Assembly: GCA_963788685.1 (NCBI GenBank)
Contig: CAWBHP010000016.1
Location: 76,272 to 140,271 of the forward strand
Source: an uncultured Chloroflexia bacterium
GTDB lineage: Bacteria; Chloroflexota; Limnocylindria; Limnocylindrales; CSP1-4
Length of the DNA: 64,000 nucleotides
Direction of reading: 5' to 3'
The position numbers and the translations under genes are program-made. The notes under the pieces are model-generated. The model saw nothing but the letters and a program-made list of their open reading frames with translations, had not been told where the DNA came from and ran no database searches. Below, piece after piece: positions 1 to 12,704 of the stretch. Within the stretch, counting starts at the first letter, position 1. Each line of letters begins with the position of its first letter.

Positions 1-375
1 ATCTGGGGCGCCGACCGGTTCGCGATCCAGGAGGTCAACGAGAACGTCCTCTACTACATCCCCGAGGAGGGCGGCGATCAAGGGCTCGGACACGGTCGCC
101 GTGTTCTCCGGGCGCGCAGCACCCGATCGCCGCTCACCTGTTCATCAACCACCTGCTCGACGCGCAGAACAGCGCCGCCAACACGAACCTCATCTACTAC
201 ATGGGCCCGAACGCCGCGGCCAAGGAGTTCATCGACCCGGCGATCCTCGAGGACCCGACGATCAATCCGGACCAGAAGATCGTCGACAAGCTCGAGGAGC
301 TGCTGCAACCTCGACGCGGCCGCTGCGCGACGAGTACCTGAAGCGCTGGCAGGAGCTGCAGCTGAAGCCGGCTAG
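1..375 (+). CDS. ABC transporter substrate-binding protein, polyamine (PotD/PotF) type, C-terminal part; 5' end outside window; frame broken at least 3 times
   Basis: Joining frames gives IWGADRFAIQEVNENVLYYIPEEGG | IKGSDTVAVFSG | AQHPIAAHLFINHLLDAQNSAANTNLIYYMGPNAAAKEFIDPAILEDPTINPDQKIVDKLEELL | RDEYLKRWQELQ, a PotD-family C-terminus. It is directly followed by potB/potC-like permeases. Frame switches near 76, 110-112 and ~305-320. Stop position is approximate. Confidence 0.6.
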   Translation: MWGADRFAIQEVNENVLYYIPEEGGDQGLGHGRRVLRARSTRSPLTCSSTTCSTRRTAPPTRTSSTTWARTPRPRSSSTRRSSRTRRSIRTRRSSTSSRSCCNLDAAAARRVPEALAGAAAEAG

Positions 376-385
376 ATCGCCGACG

Positions 386-1310
386 GTGAGCGGCGTGACG
401 CGGCGAGCCGCACGCGTCGCCGCCGCACCGGCGCTCGGCCGGTCCCCGGCCAGTCGCCTGGCGACGGCTCCGCGGGATCGCGCTCGTCCTGCCGGGCGTC
501 GCCTGGCTCGTCGCTGTTCTTCGTCGTCCCGCTGGCGATCATCTTCATCGTCAGCCTCGGCCAGCGGGACGCGCTCGATCGGGTCGACCTGTCGAGCGCC
601 GAGCCTCGACAACTACGCGCCGCGCCTTCGACCCGGTCTTCCTGCCGACGTTCCTCAAGTCGATCCGATATCGCGGCGATCACGACGATCCTGTCGCTGG
701 CGATCGGCTACCCGATCGCCTACTGGATCTCGCGCTATGGCGGCCGCCGGAAGGCGCTGCTGCTGATCCTCGTGATGCTGCCGTTCTGGACGAGCTACCT
801 GATCCGGACCTACTCCTGGATGATCATCCTGCGCGACAACGGGGTCCTGAACACGCTCCTCCAGGCGGTCGGCCTGACCAGCGAGCCGATGATCCTCATG
901 AACACCGACGTCTCGGTGATCCTGGGCATGACCTACGGCTTCCTGCCGTTCGCGATCCTGCCGCTGTTCGTCTCGATCGACCGGCTCGACTCGAACCTCC
1001 TCGCGGCGGGTCGCGACCTGTACGCGTCCGGCCGGGCGGTGTTCCTCCACGTGACGCTGCCGCTGACGATGCCCGGGATCGTCGCCGCGGCGCTGCTCAC
1101 GTTCATCCCGGCGATCGGCGACTTCGTCACGCCCGACCTCCTCGGCGGACCGCAGACCACGACCATCGCCAAGAACATCCAGGAGCTGTTCCTCGAGGGG
1201 CGCGACTGGCCGTACGGCGCGGCGCTCGGGTTCATCCTGATGGTCGTGACGCTGGGCGGGACGCTCGCTCGCGCTGCGGACGCTCCGCCGCGAGGTGCGT
1301 CGGGTCGTGA
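386..1310 (+). CDS. potB: Polyamine-type ABC transporter permease (PotB-like); frame broken several times in the first ~400 nt
   Basis: ORF 772..1500 gives LPFWTSYLIRTYSWMIILRDNGVLN...AAGRDLYASGRAVFLHVTLPLTMPGIVAAALLTFIPAIGDF (permease EAA loop, PotB-like). N-terminal TM segments (FFVVPLAIIFIVSLGQ; ITTILSLAIGYPIAYWISRYGG) appear only after switching frames between 386 and 771. Proposed stop TGA 1308-1310 overlaps the potC GTG (GTGA). Start is approximate. Confidence 0.7.
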
Positions 1311-2127
1311 GCCGCGAACGCAATCCGCTCCTGACGGCGTTCGCGATCGCGGTCTACGCGTTCCTCTTCGCGCCGGTCGTCGTCCTGATCGTCTTCTCGT
1401 TCAACAGCGCCAGGCGCGGGCTGGCGTGGCAGGGGCTTCACGCTCGACTGGTACCCGACGCTGTTCTCGAACGACGAGCTTCTCGATGCGCTCTGGGTGA
1501 CGCTCCAGGTCGCGGTCGTCGCGGTCGTCGCTGTCGACCGTCCTTGGTTCGCTGCTCGGCCTCGGGCTGGCCCGGCTCCGGTTCCGCGGCCGGGCGGCCA
1601 CGGAGACGCTCCTGCTCGTCCCGATGGTCACCCCCGAGATCGTCATGGGCCTGTCGCTGCTGCTCTTCTTCCTCCAGCTGTTCGACGGCCGCGGCTCGAT
1701 CGGCCAGCTGTCGATCGCCCACGCCACGTTCTGCATCTCGTACGTCGCGGTCGTCGTCCGCGCGCGGGCGGCCAACATGAACCCGGCACTCGAGGAGGCC
1801 GCGCGCGACCTCGGCGCGTCGGCATGGGGCGCGTTCCGGTACGTGACGCTGCCGCTCATCGCCCCGGCGGTGCTGGCCGGCGCGCTGCTCGCCTTCTCGC
1901 TCAGCTTCGACGACTACGTCGTGACGACGTTCAACGCCGGCGTCGGCAGCTCGACGCTGCCGCTCTACATCTACAGCAAGGTCAAGTTCGGGGTCACGCC
2001 GGAGATCAACGCGATCTCGACGATCATCGTCGCCGGGACGGCGCTCGCGATCCTCGTCGCCTGGCGGCTGGGCGCGTTCGGGCGCGAGGGGCGGACGATC
2101 GTCGAGGAGGACGCGCCGCCGGGTTGA
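1307..2127 (+). CDS. potC: Polyamine-type ABC transporter permease (PotC-like); about 3 frame breaks in the first third
   Basis: LLTAFAIAVYAFLFAPVVVLIVFSFNSARRGLAWQG | FTLDWYPTLFSNDELLDALWVTLQ | ...PMVTPEIVMGLSLLLFF...EEAARDLGASAWGAFRYVTLPLIAP...LPLYIYSKVKFGVTPEINAIS. One break is an extra G in the G4 run 1432-1435. The last 167 aa (ORF 1624..2127) are intact. Confidence 0.75.
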
Positions 2128-2146
2128 GCTCGTCGACTGCGCCGCG

Positions 2147-3449
2147 TCAGCGGCGCGGCGACGCCTTCGCCCGGGCTGCGGACCGAGTCGCGTGTTGTCG
2201 GCGGCGCGCGGCAGGCGGACGGCCGCGATGTCGCCCTCGAACATCGGCCTCCCCGTCCTTCGGCGTCGGCACGTCGTACCGAAGCCGCACGGTCCGCTGG
2301 GAGTTGATGCCGTCGTTCGCATACCGGTCGACCGCCATGAGGTCGAACGCATGGACGCTCGGCTCCTGGTTCGAATAGCGACCCGCGACCCAGCTCTTCG
2401 ATCGCGTCCCGCGGTGCTGCAGCTCGCAGACGTGCCAGTCCTGGCGGTTCGTCAGGTCCCAGAACGCGATCGCGTCGGACGGGTCGAAGCCCGGCAGCGC
2501 GATCGTCGCCGGCTCGAAGAGCCACTGGCAGACGATCCGGGTGTGATCCGGGCCGGCGGGCTCAAGGCGGTGGATCGAGCAGGTAGTCGGGATGGATCGA
2601 GAGGAACGTCGTCGGCCAGACGAGGTAGTAGTAGATCCGCCGCTCGTCGATCGGCGTCATGCCGGCGATGGCCGGTCGCCCGTCGCGGTGGCCGCCGTCG
2701 ATCGCCATCGTCTCGGCGTTTTCGACGAGCTCCATCCAGCCGCCCTGCCATGGGCCGGTCGGGGCGAAGTCGCCACCGAGGTCGTACGGCGTCAGCTTGT
2801 TGAGCTGGGGATGGATGCCCGGGCAGTGATAGCACTCGCTGTAGTTCTCGGCGATGAACTTCCAGTTGGCGTCGACCTCGTAGGTGACTTCGTGGGCGCT
2901 CCGGAGCCCCGAGAAGTCGAACCGGGCGAGGTGCGGCGGCAGGTCACCCAGCCACTCGACCAGCGGCGGTGCCTCGGCGGAGAGGTTGACGAACACGAAT
3001 CCCTGCCACGTCTCCATCCGGACTGACACCAGGCCGAACTCGTCGAAGCTGAAGTCGTCGAGGTCCTCGGTGTGCTTGGCGCGGACGAGCTTGCCCTCGA
3101 GGTCGTAGATCCAGGCGTGGTACGGACACTGGAACCGCACGGCCGAGCCGCAGGCCTCCTGGACGACCGCCGTCCCCCGGTGGCGGCAGACGTTGTAGAA
3201 GGCGCGCAGCTCGCCGTCGCGCCCGCGGGCAATGAGGAGCGGCTCGTCATCGATCTCTGCTGTGAAGTACGTTCCGGCTGACGGCGCGTCCTCCTCCCGA
3301 CCGACCGCGATCCAGTCGCGGCGGAACCACTCGCGCCGCTCGAACTCGTGGATCGCCGGGTCGTGGTACGCCCGGCCGGGTAGCAGTGACGCGGCGCGGT
3401 ACGGTCGTCGGACGGCTGCGATCTCCTCGGGCGTGAGCGGCGTTGTCAT
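2147..3449 (-). CDS. Rieske [2Fe-2S] non-heme-iron oxygenase alpha subunit (GbcA/CntA/Stc2-like); one frame break near 2563
   Basis: Rieske motif CRHRG...CPYHAW and catalytic-domain motif [13 protein letters not shown] in ORF 2562..3449. The C-terminal part ([22 protein letters not shown]...[17 protein letters not shown]) continues in another frame down to the stop at 2147. ATG 3449 overlaps the stop of the upstream gene (ATGA). Confidence 0.75.
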
Positions 3450-4616
3450 GACTTCGGAACGTCCTTCTTCGGATCGATGAACGGGATGGCCGCGGTGCGA
3501 GCCGGCCAGTGGCCGCCGTCGGGCGCCTCGATCTCAAGCTCGGTGCCGGGCCCCGACAGCCCGATCGGCAGCCACACGTAGCCGATGTTCTTGGCCAGGC
3601 GCGGCGACCAGATGAGGTCGGTGACCGTCCCCACGGGCTCGCGATCGGTGAAGCGCCGTGCATTTGCGCGATAGCTCGAACGGCAGCGCGTCGCCCTCGA
3701 CCTCGATTCCGACGAGCTTGCGATCGACGCCGCGGGCGCGGATCGCCTCGAGGGCGTCCTTGCCGATGTAGTCGGCCGCCTGTGGCTCGACCAGCCGCTC
3801 CAGACCCGCTGATCTCGAACGGGTTGTTGTCGATCGTCATGTCCGAGCCGTAGTTGAAGATGCCGGCCTCGATGCGGCGCGCCTCCGACGGCGCGATCGG
3901 CCGGATGTCGTGCGGCCGGCCGGCATCCATGATCCGGTCCCACAGCTCGCCGCCGCGCGACGGGTCGCGCAGGTAGATCTCGTAGCCGACCTCGCCCGTC
4001 CAGCCGGTTCGGCTGATCACGACGGGGATGCCATCGAGCTCCGTCGTGAGCGTCCAGTAGTACTTGATGTCACGAACGGCATCGCCGAACAGGGCGGCCA
4101 TCACGTCCTTCGACTTCGGGCCCTGGACCTGGACCGGGTAGACCTCGGGCTCGCGGACCGTGACGTTCAGCCCGGAGTTGATCGCGACGCCCCGCGCCCA
4201 CAGCCCGGCATCGGAGTCGGCGAGGGCCAGCCACCAGCGATCGGCCTCGACGCGGAGCAGGACGGGGTCGTTGACGATGCCGCCGTCCTCCGCGGTGATG
4301 AGCACGTACTTGCCCTGGCCGACGGCGCATTTCGTCAGGTCGCGGCAGGTCAGCATGTTCGTGAAGGCGGAGGCGTCGGGACCGGTGATCTCGACGATGC
4401 GCTCGACCGACACGTCCCAGATCGTCACCCCGTTCAGCAGGGTCCAGTACTCCTCGATCGGGTCGCCGTAGTAGCCCGGCAGGTACATGTGGTTGTAGAT
4501 GTCGTAGGCGCTGCAGCCGGCAGCCAGCGTCTTCTCGAAGAACGGCGAACGGCGATACCAGGGCCCGAAATAGAGCGTCGACGAATCGGACGTGGCGGGG
4601 GTCGCGGTCGAGCTGG

Positions 4617-4620
<4 letters not shown>
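3446..4620 (-). CDS. Folate-dependent aminomethyltransferase family protein (GcvT/DmdA-like); 2 frame breaks (~3810, ~3680)
   Basis: VTSSTATP...[34 protein letters not shown]...[18 protein letters not shown]...[14 protein letters not shown] from the 1029-aa ORF. Then [38 protein letters not shown] in a third frame. The end ...[39 protein letters not shown] comes from ORF 3446..3943. GTG 4620 overlaps the MttB stop (GTGA). Confidence 0.75.
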
Positions 4621-6177
<1,557 letters not shown>

Positions 6178-6384
6178 CGACTCGGCCAGGACGGCCGTTG
6201 CCGCCAGCGTACCCTCCGGCGTCGGTCGCTGAGCAAGCTCAACCATGCGCCCGATTGTGTGGCGGCCCGATTCCAATGCCCCCGACGTTCCGCCTGATGG
6301 TGCCCACGGTTCCGTGCCACGGGACACGCCACGCACGGCGAGCCACGCCGCCGGGCCAGACCCGGGGCGAAACCCGGGCGTCGA

Positions 6385-8090
6385 TCAGTCGAGGGCGACC
6401 CGTTCGCGCCAGTGCGGAATCTTCGTCTCGAAGCCGAGCGCCTTGACCTTCGGCTCGATCGCGATCTGGGCCTCCGGGTCGCCGTGGACGAGGAAGATCC
6501 GGCGGGGAAAGCCCTCGTCGCCGGGCTTCTTGCCGCGGCCGAAGTTCGACAGCCAGTCGAGCAGCTCCGACTCGTCGGCATGGGCCGAGAAACCGCTGAT
6601 CGAGCGGATCTGGCAGCGGACCTCGCGGAGCTGGCCGTCGATCTTGACTTCCTTGGCACCGGCCTGGAGGTGGGACGCCGAGCGTCCCCTCGCCCTGGTA
6701 GCCGACGAACAGGATCGTCGCGTCCGGATCGCCGATCAGATTGCGGAGGTGACCGACGACGCGGCCGCCCGTCAGCATCCCGTTCGAGGCGACGATCATG
6801 TAGGGCCTGGGCGCCTTGGCGATCGCCTGCGACTCCTCTACGCGGCGGGTCACGTGCTGATCCGGGTAGTCGAGTGGCGAGCCGCCCGCCCGAAGGAGCT
6901 TGGCGGTCTCCTCGTCGAAGTAGTCGGCATGGCTGCGATAGATGTCGGAGGCCTTCGATGCCATCGGCGAGTCCAGGTAGAGCGGCAGCAACGGTATCGC
7001 CCCGGCGTCGATGAGCCGATCGAGCTGCCAGACGACCTCCTGGGTCCGACCGATCGCGAACGAGGGGACGAGCAGCACGCCATTGGCTTCCGCCACGAAC
7101 CGAACCGTTTCGGCGAGAACCCGGACTGCCTCGTCCTGCGGCTCGTGCTCACGGCCGCCGTAGGTCGATTCGATGAGGATGTAGTCGGCGTCGGTCAGGA
7201 TCGTCGGGTCGCGGATGATCGGCGTGTCCGGCCGGCCGAGATCGCCCGAGAAGACGATCGTCCGTTCCGGCTCGCCGGCGCGATCGGCGACACGGATCCG
7301 GATGATCGCCGAGCCGAGGATGTGGCCGGCGTCGACAAACGTCGCGTTGATGCCCGGCGCGACCTCGATCTCCTCGTCGTAATCGATCGCCTTGAACTGC
7401 TCGATGGCCCGGCGGGCCTCTTCCTGCGTGTAGAGCGGCTCGTCGAGGTCAACCTCGAGGACCGGCGGCTGGCGGCGGAGGTCCTCCTCCATGTCGTCGA
7501 TCGCGGCGGCGCCGACGCCGCCGGCTGGGGTTGGCCACCGCGCGCCGTGAGACGCAATCGCCCAGGCACCTTCGCCGCCGGTCTCGGTCGCGACGGCCAC
7601 CTCTTCAGAGGCCGCCTCCGATGCGATCGTCGCGGCGTCCGGGGTGAGGGGCGTGGCGGCGTCCGGGTTCTCGGAGAGCCGGACGCGCGGCGTCGTACGC
7701 CGCGCGCTCTTCCCGGTCGTCCGTGACGGCCTCGTCCGGATGCTTCTTTTCCCAGCGTGCTTCGCGCTTCGCGAATTCCTCCTGGAGGTGGCCCGAGTCG
7801 AGGAGGACGAGCTCGGCGAGCTCGCACGTGCCGTGGGTCGCGAAGACTGGCCCGCGAAAACCTTCGTCGACGACGTGGGGAACCAGCCCGCAGTGGTCGA
7901 GATGAGCGTGGGTCAGGAGGATGGCGTCGAGCGTCGCCGGGTCGAACCCGAGTGGGATCCGATTGCGAACCGCCTCGTTCGGGCTGCCCTGGAACATCCC
8001 GCAGTCGACGAGGATTCGGGCTCGCTCGGTGACGAGCAGGAACTGGGAGCCGGTGACCGTCGTGGCACCGCCGAGGAAGTGGATCTCCAT
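6385..8090 (-). CDS. MBL-fold metallo-hydrolase with beta-CASP/RNA-specificity domain (RNase J/CPSF-like ribonuclease); 2 frame breaks (~7600-7640, ~6660)
   Basis: MEIHFLGGATTVTGSQFLLV...LLTHAHLDHCGLVP (HxHxDH), then ...GHILGSAIIRIRV...IESTYGGREHE...LVPSFAIGRTQEV...YLDSPMA...MIVASNGMLTGGRV, and the C-terminus ISGFSAHADESELLDWL...FLVHGDPEAQ...VALD* in a third frame. Confidence 0.8.
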
Positions 8091-8157
8091 CGGCCCATCG
8101 TGCCACGCCGCGGGTGGCACGGAGCGTCGATCCGGGCCCGCTGACGTTTCGGCCCGC

Positions 8158-10643
8158 TCACGAGAGGCCGCTACCGAGGGTCGTGCACGGGTACTGAGCA
8201 CGACATCCCGGGCATCGAACCACGTCGCGATCCCCGGGTTCCTGACCAGGATCAGGCCGCGGACAAGTCCTCGACGATAGATATGGTCCCGCGGCGTGGC
8301 GGACGTGGAATGCCAACCGTAAGCGCCGCCGATCGCCTCGAAGCTGTCGTAGGTCCCAGTCCGCCCGTTGAATACCCCGAGGAAAATCCCTGGCGGTGCT
8401 GAGAGGCTGCCTCGGCCGCGGACGGCGAAGGTCAGGGACGTTTGCGTGATGCTCCTCGGCACGCTGAATTCATAGGCGGCCCACGCGAGACTGCCCGTCG
8501 TCCCGCCCGAGTTGATCCGGACCCCGCCGGAGTACGAGGAGCCGGCTTTCGAAATCGTGGCGCTGCCTGATTTCGCAGACTCCACGAAGGAAGCAGCCGC
8601 GATCGTTGATGAGTACGTGTGGAGCACGAGCTTCTCGTGCGAGACGATGATTTCTTCCCGCAGGACGGCCGCGACGCCGGCCTCGTCGCGGAAGGACTGG
8701 ATCAACGTGTAGGCCCCTGCTGGCGCGAGGGTCCCGTCGGTCTTCCGGCCATTCCAGACGCTTGCGTACGGACCGATCGGCCGCGAGCCGAGGTCCATGG
8801 TTCGGACGGCCGCCCCGGTTGCCCTGCTGACGACGCTGACGACGACCTTCGCGGGCTCGGCGAGGTAGCCGCGCGCCGTGATCGTGTCGCGGTAGCCGTC
8901 GACGATCGGGTAGAACTTCGTGTTGCCGTCGCCGACGTGGACATCAATGACATGGACGATGTCAGGTGTGACCACGATCTCGTAGAGCCCGCTGGAACTC
9001 GGAAGGTGCTGGGAGTCGCCGGCGTACTGGATCGAGATCTTGTGCGTACCCGCCGCCAGGGACGGCACCTCGATGAGCGCTTCGGAGAAGGCGGAGTACG
9101 GAGTCGCCGGCGCACTGCCCAGCGCCGTGGTCGAGCCGTTGTGGGTGTCGTAGAAGGTCACCAACCCGGTCGCGGTGTTCGGCGCGACGATGCCGAGCAG
9201 CTGAATTGGGTGGTTCGTTTCGAACTGTGACTCGAAGAACAGCACTTCCGAGGTGGTCGGGAGCTTCGCGACCGTATGGAAGATCGACGGACTCGTCGCG
9301 GCCCTGTCAGTGGGCGAGCCGTTGAAGGTCGCGTAGATCTCAGTGGTGCCGAGGGGAAGATCAGTCGGTGTCCACGTCGCCGTGCGAATCTCGTCCCAAC
9401 TGGTTCCTCCGAGGGTCAGCGTCTTGACCTTGGTGGCGACGCCGCCAACCACCTTCCAGAAGCTCACCGAGCCACCCGTCCTATAGTCGGCGACGGACGC
9501 GGTGATGGCGACGGGGTCGCCCGGTATCGATGGGTTTGGCGCAGACGAGATCGAAACGGCAGACGAGCGTTTGGTTACGACGTGGTCGAGAGCGGCCGCC
9601 GGCTGGGAGGACTGCCACGGAGGCCCGCCGATGTACCGCATCGTGAACTGGTGGGTCCCGACGCCGTATGGCTCCTGCGCCGAAAACTGTTGGGGCGTGA
9701 CGATGGTGCCGTAGCCAGGGAACCATGGTGGGACGGGGCCGGCGAAGATGCGCGTGTTTACGCCGCCGTAGTTGTCCCACAGCTCGAGGGTTCCGGCTTT
9801 CGGGACGGGCGTGATTTCGTAGGAGAACTCAAATGACGTTCCCCACGGGCTCGACGCGCTCGGCTGCGTCAGGGGCGGCATCGTCGTCGGGACGGGAGGC
9901 ATGAGCGATCCGATCTCGTCCCGCGACAGGACACGATCGTAGACGCGGACGTCGTCAACGGATCCGGCGAACGGCGTCTTGCCGGGACAAGTCGCGGGGT
10001 AGGAACCGATCGTCATCGCCGAAGACGATGCACCCACATACCCAACGGTCCACGTTCCCGCCGACCATGAGCCGGAGTCGCGGACTCCATCAACGAGGAT
10101 TTCAACGTTGCCGGTGGCGCCATCGACGACACCGGCGACCAGGTGCCACTCGCCGTCCCAGATTGCATCGTCCCCGCCGATCGACCTCGGAAACTGGACC
10201 TCCGCGAAGGTCTCTCTCGCCCGCCAATCGAACGTGACGCCGGTCGCTGTCGCGACGAATCCATACGCCGGCCCGGTGCAGCCGAAGTCACCTTTGGCGA
10301 GGATTACCTGCCCTGCGGCTGGCGTGCCCTTCACCCACGCGACGACAGTAAGCGACGGCGGCTCGAGACCAGCGGGGGAAGCGACATCGACCCTGTCGTT
10401 GACGCCATCGAAGGACAGTGCCCACGGACCGACGGCGCCTGCCGTCCACGGCGCTCCGCCGACGATCGAGCCGTCGTGCCCGTTACCGCTCGTATCGACA
10501 GCGGTCGTCCCAGTGCCCGCATCGAACGCCAGGTGGACGAGCGGGGATCCGGTGTCGGCTCTGACGGGCTGTCCGATAGCGGGAGCCACGAGCGCAGCGG
10601 CGCACAACAATCCGAGGGTCGCGAAACCCTGCCGTATCGACAA
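8158..10643 (-). CDS. Large secreted protein with an N-terminal LamG/concanavalin-A-like lectin domain followed by Ig-like repeats; 3' end uncertain
   Basis: TTG start at 10643 with GAGAGGGGA 7 nt upstream. Signal peptide MSIRQGFATLGLLCAAALVAPAIGQPVRA. LamG_3-like stretch ALSFDGVNDRVDV...VVAWVK...WHLVAGVVDG...FAGSVDDVRVYDRVLSRDEI. Several Ig-like segments (e.g. GTHKISIQYAGDSQHLPSSS; KTDGTLAPAGAYTL). The ORF runs in frame into the MBL gene with no stop. Candidate true stops are at 8158-8160 or 8171-8173 in the other frames. Confidence 0.6.
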
Positions 10644-10715
10644 CGACGTGTCCCCTCTCGTTTTTACGACGGCACGATCCCGGACCGGAGCGACAGTTAC
10701 CCCCTCGAATTCGCC

Positions 10716-11660
10716 TCAGCCGAGCGGGGCGGCCACGATTGCGTCGAGCGCGATCGCCGCGAACAGCAGCGTCAGGTACGAGATCGAGTACTTGTAGAGG
10801 CGGATCGCGCCGGCGGTCGACGCCTCCTCGGAGGCGCCTTCGCGCCACAGGCGGTAGGCCTGGCGAAGGAAGATCGCGCCAAGCACGACCGCGGCGACGA
10901 GGTAGATCCAGCCCATCCGGGCGACTGCCCACAGCACGAGCGAGATCGCGACCATGAGGATCGCGTAGAGCCCGATCTGGCGGGTCGTCTCGGGGATGCC
11001 CCGGACGACCGGCAGCATCGGGACGCCGGCGGCGGCGTAGTCCTTCCGGATCCGCAGCGACAGCGCCCAGAAGTGGGGCGGCGTCCAGTAGAAGACGAGG
11101 GCGAAGAGGAGGAGCGCCGGGATCCCGACGTTGCCGGTGACCGCGGCCCAGCCGATGACCGGGGGCAGGGCGCCGGCGGCGCCGCCGATCACGATGTTCT
11201 GGGGCGTCGTCCGCTTCATGACGATCGTGTAGACGACGACATAGAAGGCGATCGCCAGCAGCGCGAGGAACGCCGAAAGGAGGTTGACGAACCACGCCAG
11301 GACGACGAACGAGATCACCCCGAGGACGAGGCCGAAGACGACCGCCCGCTCGGGGTCGACCTCGTGGGCCGGCAGCGGCCGGCGCCGGGTGCGGACCATC
11401 AATTCGTCGATGTCACGATCGAGGTAGCAGTTGATCGCGTTCGCGCTGCCCGCTGCGAGCGTCCCGCCGACCAGCGTCCAGAGCGTGAGCCAGGCCCAGT
11501 GGCCGACCTGGATCCCCGGCACCTCGCGCGTGGCGAGGACCATCGCGGGGACGGTCGTGACGAGCAGCAGCTCGATGATCCGGGGCTTGGTCAGGGCGAT
11601 GTAGGCGCGGACCGTGTCGGTCGTGGTGTGCCGCTCAGCGCTGTTCTCGTCGTCGCCGAT
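10716..11660 (-). CDS. ctaB: Protoheme IX farnesyltransferase (heme O synthase) domain; no canonical start codon upstream of the conserved N-terminus
   Basis: UbiA-family motif NCYLDRDIDELM plus YWTPPHFWALSLRIRKDYAAAGVPMLPV. The conserved N-terminal VRAYIALTKPRIIELLLVTTVP lies upstream of the first ATG (11543), in a frame that is open back to the stop at 11763 and contains no ATG/GTG/TTG. Confidence 0.85.
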   Translation of the reverse strand: MGDDENSAERHTTTDTVRAYIALTKPRIIELLLVTTVPAMVLATREVPGIQVGHWAWLTLWTLVGGTLAAGSANAINCYLDRDIDELMVRTRRRPLPAHEVDPERAVVFGLVLGVISFVVLAWFVNLLSAFLALLAIAFYVVVYTIVMKRTTPQNIVIGGAAGALPPVIGWAAVTGNVGIPALLLFALVFYWTPPHFWALSLRIRKDYAAAGVPMLPVVRGIPETTRQIGLYAILMVAISLVLWAVARMGWIYLVAAVVLGAIFLRQAYRLWREGASEEASTAGAIRLYKYSISYLTLLFAAIALDAIVAAPLG

Positions 11661-12596
11661 TGGGCCGCCCGTCGCGCCCGTCCGGTCGCGGCCAGCCGGG
11701 GCCGGGGCGGTCCTCGCCGCGTAATAGCTCGTCGTCGACGAGGGCCGCCATCGCCGCCCAGATCAGGGCCCCAAGCGCGACATGGAGCGTCTGCGTCCAG
11801 CCAGCCAGGTTCGGTCAGGACCTGGAGGCCGCCGATGACCGCCTGGATCGGGAAGAGGACCGCCGCGATCAGCGTCAGCCGGAGGATTGCCCGGTTCGAC
11901 CGCTGGGTCCGCCACGCGGCAACGGTCACCGCCGCCACGATCAGTCCGACGACGATCGCCACCCAGCGGTGAAGCACGTGGGCCGACGTGTCCGTCGCTG
12001 AGCGGCGGCACGAGCGAGCCGTTCATCAGCGGCCAGTCGGGGAAGGCGAACCACTGCGACGGTGGCCGTCACCTGCGACCCGAAGAGGAGGAGGGCGAAG
12101 ACCGCCAGCGGCCCCGAACGCGGCGAGCAGCGTGAATCGCTGGCTGCCGCCCCGGCCCGCCGATGCGCGCCGGGTAGAACGACCGGACGAGGATGTACAC
12201 GAGGAGCCCGACGAGCGCCATCGCGGCGGCGAGATGCGCCGTCACCGATTCACCGGAGTTGTTGAGCCGAACCGTCTCGCGCCCGAGCCACGCCTGGAAC
12301 CCGACGAGAAGCACGGCCCCGACCGACGGCCACAGGAGGCTGGGGCGGTCGCGGTGGTCGCGTAGCGCGACGAAGGCGAGGGCAAGGACCACGAACCCGA
12401 TCGCGGCAGCGACCGTGCGATGGACCCACTCGATCCAGGCCTGATAGTCGTCGAGCGGCGGGATCAGTTGGCCGTGGCAGAGCGGCCAGTCCGGACAGCC
12501 CATACCGGAACCGGTCGCGCGGACGATGACACCGATCGTCACGAGCGCGAGCGTCATCGCGACGCTGAGCATCGCCAGTCGCTGGAACCGGGTCAA
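11635..12596 (-). CDS. ctaA: Heme A synthase (COX15/CtaA); at least 3 frame breaks; may be fused to ctaB
   Basis: ORF 12069..12596: MTRFQRLAMLSVAMTLALVTIGVIVRATGSGMGCPDWPLCHG...WIEWVHRTVAAAIG. Later pieces in other frames: FPDWPLMNGSLVPP, HVLHRWVAIVVGLIVAAVTVAAW, FPIQAVIGGLQVLT | NLAGWTQTLHVALGALIWAAMAAL. One frame stops at 11635-11637. Confidence 0.75.
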
Positions 12597-12704
12597 CGCG
12601 CTCTCCCAGGAGGTCGCCCGGCGGGCGACGCGGTTCGGGGGTCCGACGGTCCGGCCATTCTAGCGCGAGCGCCCTCCGCGCCATTGACCGCTACCCTATC
12701 GACG

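Noticed and set aside
2137-2158. Hairpin CTGCGCCGC-gtca-GCGGCGCGG between convergent potC and the Rieske gene as a bidirectional terminator
   Set aside because: The stem is real (9 bp including one G.U pair). However, its loop contains the only candidate stop codon of the Rieske gene (2147-2149). Coding and terminator roles cannot be separated without a corrected 3' end, so I did not list it as a feature.
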